A DNA stretch of 64,000 nucleotides from Burkholderiales bacterium (GCA_038206765.1 JBBRAM010000007.1:73895-137894); one strand, 5' to 3'. Numbered from the stretch's first letter, positions 35,438 through 44,534 are shown. The notes: generated from the letters alone by a model not told the origin. A program made the numbers and translations.

Positions 35438-37156
35438 ATGGCTTCTATTCCAGCATCCTCGATTACCCGCAGCGCCGCATCCACACTGGCCAAATTCGGC
35501 ATTACCGACTTTTGGCGTTGGTGGACGGGCGAGTTGCGTCATGCGTTTCAGCCATGGTCGGCGCGCTGGCTACACAATGAGGCGGATATCACCGAATTGG
35601 TGTTTGACGGGGCTTCGCTTGTCTTCACCCAACCGGTTTCGGTCGGAGCGGCGACAAATAACGGTGATCGCGCCGTCGATCGCATTGGGATCAAAAACAG
35701 TGAAGGCGTGGCGCTTGCGTCGGACGAACTCAAACGTGCCATCACGTCTGCATTAAGCACCCGCGCGAAGGATGTGAGCCTAACTATTACGCAAAACATG
35801 GCGTTACAGAAGCGGGTCACCTATCCCGCTGCGGCGATGGAAAATTTGCGCGATGTGGTGGCTTTTGATATGGATCGGCAAACACCATTCAACGCATCGC
35901 AGGTTTATTTTGATGCCCGGCGGGCAAATAGTGCGAATGTTGTCGGCGGTGGCATGGGTTCCGAGGCGAACCCGATGGTCGGCGTTGATTTGCTCGCCGT
36001 GCCGCGCCAGGCCTTGCAGCCGGCATTGCAGGCGTTGCGGGAGGCGGGTGCCAGCGTGCGCAGCATCGGCATCGCCGGTGACGCAGGCAGCCCCCGCTTT
36101 GAGTTATTGCCTGCTTCGGAAAAGCCGGCGCGCCGTTTGACGCGCTTGCAGGTAATTAATTTTATGTTGCTTGGTTTCGCGGTACTGTTGGTGGTGGTGG
36201 CGATCGTGGTGCCGATTTGGCAAAAGCGCGAACAGGCAATTGCGCTACAGCCATTGCTACAAAAAGCGCAGACCGAGGCCGAGCTCACCAAAAAAGTAGA
36301 AGCGGAATTTGTCCGTTTATCGCAAGAATATAATTTCGCGGTTGGCAAAAAATATACTGTTCAGCCGGTTTTGGGAATCGTCGAAGAACTGTCAAGAATT
36401 TCGCCCGACACCACTTGGATTCAAACGCTGGACATAAAAACCCTCACCAACAAATCCGGCCCTGCGGTACGTGAGGTGCAATTGATGGGCGAGGCAGCGT
36501 CGGCATCAAAAATGATTGAATTGTTGGAGCAATCGAAGTTGCTCCAAAACGCCTCGCAACGGGCGCAAACCACCCGAGGTAGCCAGCCCAATTTGGAACG
36601 CTTTCAAATCGCCACCGAATTGAAACCCCTCCCCCTGCCTGCGGCTTCGCCTTTAATTGCCCCGGGAGCCGCACCAGTAGCCGAGCTTGAGCCTGCCAGC
36701 ATGGCGAAACCAGCGCCAATGCCGTCGCTATCTCCATCTACATCTCCATCGCCAAACCAAGCAACGTCGACTGGCTCCGCTGCCGGAAGTACAACCGCGA
36801 ACACACCCGCAACCGGCAATACAGATGCACACAATGGCGCCAACAAGGCTGCCTCGGTAGCAGCATCTGCATCTGCACTTGCGCCGCTCAAACCAGTACC
36901 CCCTAAACCCGCACAAGCATCGCAGCCAACGCCCGTTTACGTGTCGCCGCCAGCGATGCCAACCGGCGCTTCGCCCGCCATGCCACCTGTTCCTGCTGCA
37001 CCTACCCTTCCGCCGCCGTCTGCCCCATCAACGAGCTTTCCGGGTTTGCCTCCACCCGGATCGGTTGAGCCCCCCGCGCCCTCTGGCGCGAAGTCCGCCA
37101 AGACCGCCAAGTCCACCATTGCGCCCTCTCTGTTCGTCAATCGGAAGGCATCATGA
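35438..37156 (+). CDS. gspL: GspL-like assembly protein (cytoplasmic domain, TM, PilN-like periplasmic domain) with a ~170-aa Pro/Ala/Ser-rich C-terminal tail
   Basis: Sits between gspK and gspM. Single TM LQVINFMLLGFAVLLVVVAIVVPIW. The periplasmic PilN-like segment is followed by a low-complexity tail. Confidence 0.65.
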   Translation: MASIPASSITRSAASTLAKFGITDFWRWWTGELRHAFQPWSARWLHNEADITELVFDGASLVFTQPVSVGAATNNGDRAVDRIGIKNSEGVALASDELKRAITSALSTRAKDVSLTITQNMALQKRVTYPAAAMENLRDVVAFDMDRQTPFNASQVYFDARRANSANVVGGGMGSEANPMVGVDLLAVPRQALQPALQALREAGASVRSIGIAGDAGSPRFELLPASEKPARRLTRLQVINFMLLGFAVLLVVVAIVVPIWQKREQAIALQPLLQKAQTEAELTKKVEAEFVRLSQEYNFAVGKKYTVQPVLGIVEELSRISPDTTWIQTLDIKTLTNKSGPAVREVQLMGEAASASKMIELLEQSKLLQNASQRAQTTRGSQPNLERFQIATELKPLPLPAASPLIAPGAAPVAELEPASMAKPAPMPSLSPSTSPSPNQATSTGSAAGSTTANTPATGNTDAHNGANKAASVAASASALAPLKPVPPKPAQASQPTPVYVSPPAMPTGASPAMPPVPAAPTLPPPSAPSTSFPGLPPPGSVEPPAPSGAKSAKTAKSTIAPSLFVNRKAS

Positions 37157-37773
37157 AGCGCAATGGCTTAAATTTGCGAACGCCGCGTGCGAATCGTTTG
37201 GCCGCGCTTTTTATTCTGGCACTCGTAGTGTTAACGCTGATTGCGTTGATCGCCGTGCCGACGTATTTTGCCCGTGAGCATTACGACGCAGCAAACGCCA
37301 AATCATCTCGATTGCTGGCGGCCTATACCTCGTTAAACCGAACGCGGCCAACGCTATTGCAATCGGTGGAATTATTGCGGGTAAAAGATGCTAAAAAATT
37401 CTATTTAAAAGGCGCCACGCCCGCACTGGCAATTGCCGAGCTTCAAGACATCGCCAAAGCGATTATTGAGAACAACGGCGGCCGATTATTGTCTACCCAA
37501 GCCATCGCCAACAAGGACGACAGCGGGTATCGGCAAGTCTCCACAAAGATCCAGATGAGCGCGAATATTCAGAACCTGCGGCGCGTGTTGTACGCCCTAG
37601 AATCCAAAGAGCCGTATTTATTTATTGACGGTCTCCGCATCCAAGCCCAAGTTCCCGCAGGGTTTAAGCCTGCGCCCGGCGTTGAGCCAGACATGTTTGT
37701 TGAATTTGATGTTGCAGGGTATTCGACCATCACAGTTGTAGCCAACGCCGCCGATGCGGGAGGCAAGACGTGA
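37153..37773 (+). CDS. gspM: type II secretion system protein GspM
   Basis: N-terminal TM and the C-terminal PYLFIDGLRIQ motif typical of the T2SS-M (b type). 4-nt overlap with gspL. Confidence 0.7.
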   Translation: MKRNGLNLRTPRANRLAALFILALVVLTLIALIAVPTYFAREHYDAANAKSSRLLAAYTSLNRTRPTLLQSVELLRVKDAKKFYLKGATPALAIAELQDIAKAIIENNGGRLLSTQAIANKDDSGYRQVSTKIQMSANIQNLRRVLYALESKEPYLFIDGLRIQAQVPAGFKPAPGVEPDMFVEFDVAGYSTITVVANAADAGGKT

Positions 37774-38624
37774 GCTCACCTGCCAGTCGTTTGAATCCGC
37801 CCTGGCTGCGTCGCTATGGCGTTACCGCGCTGCTTGCGGCCTCAGCGATCGGCATTGCGGCGATGATCGGTTACGAGGTGGATTGGGGACAGGGCGCTGC
37901 GCTTACCGATGTGCCAACCCGAAAGACCGTTGCATCCAACACTGAACAGGCGTTGCTGCCTAGTTATATAATGCCGCCCATTGACCCTACCTATCAAGAA
38001 ACGGTCGAGCGCCCGTTGTTTATACCAACCCGCCGCCCAGCACCTGCGGGCGCAACGACGGTTGCCAGCATGCGAAAAGGTCAATATAAATTGACCGGCA
38101 CTGCCATCAACGCAGGCATGACAGTTGCCTTTTTGGTCGAAATTTCCACTGGAAAAGGGCTGCGCGCCAATCTGGGCGCGGAGGTTTTGCAAAGTGGCGG
38201 CATTAAAATCGACAAAGTTGAGGCAACGCGCGTGGTGTTGCGGCAAGGCGACGAGACCGAAGAGTTAACGCTACGCACGGCCACCTCACCGCGCCCATCG
38301 CCAGCGGCTTTGGCGGCAAACCAAGCGCCGCCCGGCCAGGCGCTGCTAAATCCTAATGGCGGGAGCAATGGCCAACAGATCAATCAGCCACCATTCCCGC
38401 CCGGAATGCCAGGTGAAGCCCCGGGCCAGTTTGCCGGTGTGCGCCCGCAGTCGGCAGGGCAATCCGCGAACGCGGCGGCCATAGGCGCAGCCAATTCTGG
38501 CAGCGCGCCTAAATCGCCGGCAGAAGCAAGTTCGCTCTCTGGCGCAGCGCTTCAGCCGCCGCCGGTCGATCCTGCTGCGTCGGTCCTCAGGCGTCGCCGC
38601 TTCCAAAATTTGCCGCAGCAATAG
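37770..38624 (+). CDS. GspC/XpsN-like protein (TM + PilP/HR-like beta domain + Pro/Ala/Gly-rich tail)
   Basis: TM ALLAASAIGIAAMIGY, ERPLFIPTRRP motif, and an HR/PilP-like block YKLTGTAINAGMTVAFLVE...KIDKVEATRVVLRQG. It occupies the same position as xpsN, before the secretin. Confidence 0.5.
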   Translation: MSSPASRLNPPWLRRYGVTALLAASAIGIAAMIGYEVDWGQGAALTDVPTRKTVASNTEQALLPSYIMPPIDPTYQETVERPLFIPTRRPAPAGATTVASMRKGQYKLTGTAINAGMTVAFLVEISTGKGLRANLGAEVLQSGGIKIDKVEATRVVLRQGDETEELTLRTATSPRPSPAALAANQAPPGQALLNPNGGSNGQQINQPPFPPGMPGEAPGQFAGVRPQSAGQSANAAAIGAANSGSAPKSPAEASSLSGAALQPPPVDPAASVLRRRRFQNLPQQ

Positions 38625-38693
38625 CAAACTAGCTACCCAAACCCACCAACGCCTGCAATCTTGTCGATATTTTTAAAAAGCCAGAACCTAAAC

Positions 38694-40937
38694 ATGATGA
38701 ACACAAACCTATCGTCGCTTGCTGGAGCCCCTTATCGAGAATCGCCGCGTCGTTTGGCGACGTCCCTCGTGTTAGTCGTACTTGCATTGGCAAGCTGCTC
38801 GACGCCAAATTCAACGATTACTCGGGGGCAGCAAAATAATTCAGAAAGCGCATCGGTAAAGGGTGTCAGCCCCGTTGTTACCACTGGTACCTCCAGCGAC
38901 TCAACGTCGACCTTGGTCGCTCCATCATCCGCCAGCAGCATTGACAACAGCCGCGTTTATGCCGGCACTGGCCTGTTCGTCAAGCAAGCCACACCAACAC
39001 CCGCCGCCCTTAAAGCAGGCGAAGAAACCTTCAATCTGAATTTTGAAGCGCAAGATATTCGCGTCTTGATCCAATCGATTCTGGGCGATTATTTGCGCGA
39101 GTCATTCACGATTCACCCGCAAGTCACGGGCACCGTGACGATCCGCACCTCGCAACCGGTTGCCAGACGTGATCTGGTGCCGATGCTCGAAATGCTGCTG
39201 CGTGATAACGGCCAAGTGATGGTACGTGAAGAAGGTATGTACAAAATCCGCCCACAAACAATCAGTACGCGTGGCACTGTGACACCGCAAGTGGCGGGCA
39301 CAACGCCGCTGCCAAATGGTTATTCGGTACAAATGGTGCAACTTAAATTTGTCGGCGCAAAAGATATGCAGCGAATTTTGGAGCCCTATGCGATTGATCC
39401 GATGGTTTCAGTGCGGGTGGATGATCCGCGCAATTTGATTATTCTGAGCGGCACACAGCGCGAGATCAAACATCTGCTCGACATTATTGAAATTTTTGAT
39501 GTAGATTTTCTATCGGGTTACTCGGTGGGATTGTTCCCGATGCAGACTGACGTTAAATTATTGGCGGCGGATTTGGATCGGTTGTTTGGCGGCGCAGGTA
39601 CCACGGGCGCGGCTGGAGCAGGCGCTAATGTCAGCCCGCTCGCGGGAATTGTCCGCATTATCCCAATTGAGCGCATGAACGGTTTGCTGGTGGTGAGCAC
39701 GCAACCGAGGTATTTGGAAGAAGCTAAAAAATGGATTGAACGCCTTGATAAAGCTGGTGGCGTTGCAGGCGGGATGCGACTCAATGTGTACCAAGTCCAG
39801 CACGGCAAAGCCGACAAACTCGCGCAATTGTTGAGCGATGTTTACGGCAATTCCAACCGAAGCGGCTCGACCAGTCCCAGCATTGCCCCCGGCCAGCGAC
39901 CCGCGCAAATCAGCACCCCCAATGTCCCCGGCCAAACTCAGCCCAGTCAGTTCCAAACGCCGCTCCAGGCCTTGGCCTCGGCATTTCAGAGCAGTGGGAT
40001 TGGGGTTTCACAAAATACTAAAATCATCCCTGATATTGACAACAATTCATTGCTGATTTTATCGTCACCATCGGATTATGAAACGATTTTGAATGCATTA
40101 CGGCAGCTTGATGTGCAGCGGCGACAAGTTAGAGTTGAGGTTCTCATTGCGGAAGTCGAGCTTAAAGATAACCTTAAGTATGGAATTGAGTGGTTTATTA
40201 ACACTCGAAATAGCACTACAGGTGCTCTGCGGAATGCCGGCGGAACCGGGAAGCTCGGCTCTGTCTTACCCGCATCCGCTGACAAGCCCGTCACTCAAAC
40301 ATCATTAGGCTTACAACTTATAAACCTCGCTGGCGGCGGCAACATAAGAGCAGTGCTGCAAGCGTTGGGTGATGACAACAAGTCGACAGTCATCTCGACG
40401 CCCAACATCACGGTACTAGATAATGAAAAAGCATTAATCAATGTTGGAAAGAAAATTTCCGTTAGTACTGGAACAACCGCGACAACGACTGGCAATCCCG
40501 TCACATCGTTTTCTTATATAGAAACTGGCGTCATATTATCGGTAACGCCTCGCATCAATGCGGGCGGTAGGGTTACGTTGGATATTAATCAAGAGGTAAG
40601 TTCGGCCGGGCTAGCGGGTGTCGGGGATAACCCTGATATTAGTAATCGAAAAGTACAGACGGTCGTCAATGTAGCTTCCGGCGAAACACTTGCACTTGCC
40701 GGACTTATTTCAAAAGACTCTGCCTTCGGCACGAGTGGGGTGCCTTTGCTTTCAAAAATTCCTGTCATTGGCGCATTGTTTGGCTCTCAGTCCTACAACA
40801 ATACTAGGAGTGAATTGGTGTTACTTATTACCCCGGTTGTCATTAACAATAACGAAGACGCTAGTAGTGTGTTGAACGAACTTCGGAAAAAATTACCGAT
40901 GTTAGAAACCATTATTCCAAAACAAAAAAAGGAATAG
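38694..40937 (+). CDS. gspD: type II secretion system secretin GspD with an N-terminal lipobox
   Basis: N0-N3 and secretin domains (VRVEVLIAEV, VISTPNITVLDNEKA, SGVPLLSKIPVIGALFG, ELVLLITP). Lipobox LASC at Cys 38796-38798. Start set at ATG 38694; the ORF track uses TTG 38661. Confidence 0.93.
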   Translation: MMNTNLSSLAGAPYRESPRRLATSLVLVVLALASCSTPNSTITRGQQNNSESASVKGVSPVVTTGTSSDSTSTLVAPSSASSIDNSRVYAGTGLFVKQATPTPAALKAGEETFNLNFEAQDIRVLIQSILGDYLRESFTIHPQVTGTVTIRTSQPVARRDLVPMLEMLLRDNGQVMVREEGMYKIRPQTISTRGTVTPQVAGTTPLPNGYSVQMVQLKFVGAKDMQRILEPYAIDPMVSVRVDDPRNLIILSGTQREIKHLLDIIEIFDVDFLSGYSVGLFPMQTDVKLLAADLDRLFGGAGTTGAAGAGANVSPLAGIVRIIPIERMNGLLVVSTQPRYLEEAKKWIERLDKAGGVAGGMRLNVYQVQHGKADKLAQLLSDVYGNSNRSGSTSPSIAPGQRPAQISTPNVPGQTQPSQFQTPLQALASAFQSSGIGVSQNTKIIPDIDNNSLLILSSPSDYETILNALRQLDVQRRQVRVEVLIAEVELKDNLKYGIEWFINTRNSTTGALRNAGGTGKLGSVLPASADKPVTQTSLGLQLINLAGGGNIRAVLQALGDDNKSTVISTPNITVLDNEKALINVGKKISVSTGTTATTTGNPVTSFSYIETGVILSVTPRINAGGRVTLDINQEVSSAGLAGVGDNPDISNRKVQTVVNVASGETLALAGLISKDSAFGTSGVPLLSKIPVIGALFGSQSYNNTRSELVLLITPVVINNNEDASSVLNELRKKLPMLETIIPKQKKE

Positions 40938-40956
40938 CGTTTTTTCTACAGAAGTA

Positions 40957-41901
40957 TTAAATGATCCGCCAACCATGTTTTAAAAAAAACCGGATAGCAG
41001 AGCGGCAAAACAGAGCAATGTGTCGCCAACCTTTATTGGCCGCTTGCCCACCCCCGTGCACAATACGGCAACTCGGTACGCGATGAATTTCGGCATGCGG
41101 GCTTGACCGACGAACGCGACAGCTTAAATCAAAATCTTCAAAATATAAGAAAAACGCCGGATCAAATCCGCCAGTCGCATCTAAAGCGGAACGGCGTATC
41201 AACATAAAGCATCCGCTGACAATTTCAGCGTCCCTCATCGGCGCATCAAACGCGGTTTCGGTGCGTTCATAATGGCTGAGCCGTTTGGCAAATGCGCTCC
41301 GAATAAAAGTAGGTGCAAAACCGCGCAGCGCCAAGGTCAGCACGCTAGGATAGCGTTTGACGAGATAAAGCGGTGTTCCGTCTTCAGACGTGGCAACCGG
41401 CGTAATCATGGCGCAATCGGGGTTTGCCTGAAAGTGCTTGAGTGCCGCATCCACGGCATCGCGGCTAACGGTGACGTCAGGGTTGAGCACCAAATGCACG
41501 TCGGCTTTGGGCGTTGTGGCAATCGCGAGATTATTACCCTGGCCATAACCGACATTGCCCTGCCCCGCGATCAACCGCCCGTGAAGCCAAACGTGCCCAT
41601 TACCAAACCACTTTTTGAGCGACGATTTAATGGCTTCGTTTTCTTCAGCCGAACCGTTGCCAACCAACATCACATCAGTACGGCTAATTTGGCCTTGCGA
41701 TTGCGCATGCTTTAAGGCTTCATATAAAGATAAGAGGGTCGTGGCGAGCCAATCAAAATCTGGGCGATAGCAAACAATGGATACTGCGATATGCATAGCC
41801 GCCATTTGCGGCTGGGTGGTTTGCATCGTTTGAGTGGGGATGTTTTTTGCGCTAGCTAGAGGGTCAATCATAGGGTCAACCTTAGAATCGAAAACAGGCA
41901 T
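40957..41901 (-). CDS. family 2 glycosyltransferase (rhamnosyltransferase-like)
   Basis: VSIVCYRPD..., NVGYGQGNN and FEDFDLSCR motifs. The start is uncertain (41901, 41871 or further in). The 41997 start would overlap the divergent DUF4254 gene. Confidence 0.75.
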   Translation of the reverse strand: MPVFDSKVDPMIDPLASAKNIPTQTMQTTQPQMAAMHIAVSIVCYRPDFDWLATTLLSLYEALKHAQSQGQISRTDVMLVGNGSAEENEAIKSSLKKWFGNGHVWLHGRLIAGQGNVGYGQGNNLAIATTPKADVHLVLNPDVTVSRDAVDAALKHFQANPDCAMITPVATSEDGTPLYLVKRYPSVLTLALRGFAPTFIRSAFAKRLSHYERTETAFDAPMRDAEIVSGCFMLIRRSALDATGGFDPAFFLYFEDFDLSCRVRRSSPHAEIHRVPSCRIVHGGGQAANKGWRHIALFCRSAIRFFLKHGWRII

Positions 41902-41957
41902 AATGCGAGAATAGCACGTGGCCCTTACCGTCTCTTTGCTGGTCCGGGCCGAAATAA

Positions 41958-42587
41958 TTGACGTCACACAAAAAGGCAATCCGCTTGAATATTCCAACCG
42001 CCGCAGATTTGATTGCGTTTCATGATGCCTGCCTAGCCAGGACCAGCTGGGGCACAGCGTTGCCGGTCAAATTTGCCGATACCGCCTCAATTTGGCATTG
42101 GATAGAAGCCAACCACCGCTTTAACAGTATGCTTTGGGACGAAGAAGATTTGGCACGCCGCCGCCATGTGGCCGATAGCGAGATTGCGAAAAATAAACGC
42201 CATATTGATGGCTTCAACCAACAGCGGAATGACGCCGTTGAACGCATCGATGACATCATTTTGCAAGCGCTTGCTAACCAGCTGAGTCCCGCTGCACTGC
42301 TTCATTCCGAAACCGCCGGGATGATGATGGATCGTTTGTCGATTCTAGCGTTGAAGATTAAAGCGATGCATGTACAGACGTTGCGCGGCGATACTGACAC
42401 TGCGCATATCGCGGCTTGCGGTGAGAAACTAGCCCGTTTAAATGAGCAGCGCAGCGATTTGGCAGCGTGTCTTGATCGCCTGCTGGCCGATTGCGCGGCA
42501 GGCCAAGCGCGATACCATATTTACCGGCAATTCAAAATGTATAACGATCCCAAGCTTAATCCGCAGCTCTACGCTGCCAAAGCATAA
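41958..42587 (+). CDS. DUF4254 domain-containing protein
   Basis: IWHWIEANHRFNSMLWDEEDLARR and MMDRLSILALKI segments, as in DUF4254 proteins that accompany heptosyltransferase genes. TTG start. Confidence 0.65.
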   Translation: MTSHKKAIRLNIPTAADLIAFHDACLARTSWGTALPVKFADTASIWHWIEANHRFNSMLWDEEDLARRRHVADSEIAKNKRHIDGFNQQRNDAVERIDDIILQALANQLSPAALLHSETAGMMMDRLSILALKIKAMHVQTLRGDTDTAHIAACGEKLARLNEQRSDLAACLDRLLADCAAGQARYHIYRQFKMYNDPKLNPQLYAAKA

Positions 42588-42600
42588 CTGTGGAATCAGG

Positions 42601-43617
42601 CTAATTGAGCAGGCGTTCCAATTGCTCAAACACTGTTGAGTCGCTTAATTCGTTGACGTTTTTGGGCGCATCTAAAAATGCAACCCTTGCCCCAATCGGT
42701 GCCCACTGCACGGGGCTTGGCAAATAGCTTGAATGGGCAAACAAGCCCAATACGCCGCCCGGGCTGGCGGCAGCAAAGTGCATCAAACCACTATCCGGAA
42801 TCAACGAGGTTCGTGCCCGCCATATCAAACCGATAGCCTCTTTGAGCGGCCCGCGAAACGGGATGATGTAGGGCAGCTTCGCGTCCAGCACCGGCTGTGC
42901 AATATCGTCATCACCTCGGTAAAGCGGATTATCGGGTTTGCCGGGCGTCCACATAAACGCGGTGGTCAGGCCATGTTGCTCGTGCATCCATGCTGCCCAC
43001 ACCAGAATTTGTCGGGTGGTGGGCTGCACTTCAGTGTCACGCGCGCCAATGCCCAAAACCCAATATTTCTGCGGCGCAATTGATTGTGATTTAAGCCATT
43101 GATCAGCAAACTGCAGAGCAAACTCAGGCGGCTGATATTCGGGGAATGGCAGGCTAGTTGGCAGCGCAATATTGAGTGGCAGCAAATGCTTGGCAATGCG
43201 CACCGACTCATGGTCGGCTTCATTGATCGTTTGCGCGTCGGTTAGCTTAGATTGCCATTTGGCAGAGGTGGCGTATGCGATCGTCTTTTTGGCACCGACA
43301 TGCAACGCTCGCTCAATCGCGCGCGGTGATTCTCCGCCGCCTGCGGCAATAGCAACATCGAACTTTTCACGTTTCAATTTCCAAAATAAAGCGATTTGCC
43401 GAATCGCGGCACCAACATCGATGCGCCGTCCTGTCCGCACCCGCCCATAAACCCAACGCTTGTCGATGCATGCGTTATCTTCTACCATCCATGCGCTGTA
43501 GTCACTGGCGAGCAAATGAATTTCTGCCTCCGGCCATGCGTTTCGAAGGATGCGCAACATCGGTGTGGTAAGAAGGAGATCGCCGAGTTTATCGCGCTTG
43601 ATGATGAGTATCTTCAA
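42601..43617 (-). CDS. family 9 glycosyltransferase (heptosyltransferase-like)
   Basis: MKILIIKRDKLGDLLLTTP N-terminus and C-terminal IPDSGLMHFAAA motif. Confidence 0.8.
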   Translation of the reverse strand: MKILIIKRDKLGDLLLTTPMLRILRNAWPEAEIHLLASDYSAWMVEDNACIDKRWVYGRVRTGRRIDVGAAIRQIALFWKLKREKFDVAIAAGGGESPRAIERALHVGAKKTIAYATSAKWQSKLTDAQTINEADHESVRIAKHLLPLNIALPTSLPFPEYQPPEFALQFADQWLKSQSIAPQKYWVLGIGARDTEVQPTTRQILVWAAWMHEQHGLTTAFMWTPGKPDNPLYRGDDDIAQPVLDAKLPYIIPFRGPLKEAIGLIWRARTSLIPDSGLMHFAAASPGGVLGLFAHSSYLPSPVQWAPIGARVAFLDAPKNVNELSDSTVFEQLERLLN

Positions 43618-43856
43618 GGTAATTCCTATTGTGTGCTGCCTAAAAAACGGATGGCCAAGCAGGACGCAGGGATGACGACTGTGTTTGAATTAGTGAAGTA
43701 GCAATGGAGATCGGAATGGAAAAAGAGATGCATTTTTGAGTATTGACTGGCAATAGTTGGGCGCCGCCAAAAATGTCCAGAAGCCGCGCCTACACTTGAG
43801 TCTATGGCAACGAGTTAGCAGGGGATGTGCGCACCTGTCGGCGGCGTTCCGGCAAA

Positions 43857-44318
43857 TTATTCGGGCCAATTCCGAATATATTGTTTGAGTAATTTGTTCT
43901 CAAAATCAGCGTCTTTAATAGCGCTGCGGGCGATGTCGTGGAAGCTTAAAATGCCAACTAGTTGCTCTTGGTTCATCACCGGCACATGCGTGATGTGCAG
44001 CTCAGTCATTAGGCCCCGCAGATGATCAACTGAGTCGTCTAGCCTTGCAACAGGTGGGTTAGACTTCATGACATCGCGACATTGGGCTTGGGTTAATTTT
44101 TCGCCTTGCTGGTGAATGCCCTTGAGCAATTCGCGCAAGGTAATCAACCCAACCATCACCTCATTGTCGGTGATGACAACTGAGCTGATTTTTTGTTCTA
44201 CCATTAGCGCAACGGCATTGGCAACGCTGCAATCTGGTGCCACCGCGTAGAGTGCGCTGGCGGCTTGCGAGGATTGCTTGGCTTTATCTTGGAGAAGTTC
44301 GGCGACGGTAGCGTTCAT
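43857..44318 (-). CDS. CBS domain pair protein
   Basis: Two CBS repeats (SSVVITDNEVMVGLITLRELLK; ITHVPVMNQEQLVGILSFHDIAR). Start set at ATG 44318. Confidence 0.8.
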   Translation of the reverse strand: MNATVAELLQDKAKQSSQAASALYAVAPDCSVANAVALMVEQKISSVVITDNEVMVGLITLRELLKGIHQQGEKLTQAQCRDVMKSNPPVARLDDSVDHLRGLMTELHITHVPVMNQEQLVGILSFHDIARSAIKDADFENKLLKQYIRNWPE

Positions 44319-44534
44319 GTTTAGATTGTCTATGACGGTGAAATAAACGGCATCAACACAATTAAAACATAACATGGGGCTTTGTGCGGCAACCTCCACC
44401 CGAGAGCACTGTTTCGGGCAGTATATCGACCGCGTACTAAGAAAATCTATCCGCACCCATTTACTTTTTTGCCGTCCGGTTTTTCACGGCACCGCTTTTT
44501 ACCAAGCCACACCTTACCTTACTCTACGTAAACT

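Noticed and set aside
29046-40937. Interpreting the cluster as a type IV pilus or MSHA pilus locus, because of the MshEN-type ATPase N-terminus and the PilN/PilP-like components.
   Set aside because: Four minor pseudopilins are present, including a GspK-type protein without Glu5, along with a GspG-type major pseudopilin with the characteristic calcium-loop end, GspL/GspM-type partners and a GspD secretin. There is no retraction ATPase or pilin with a C-terminal disulfide loop. A T2SS is the better call.
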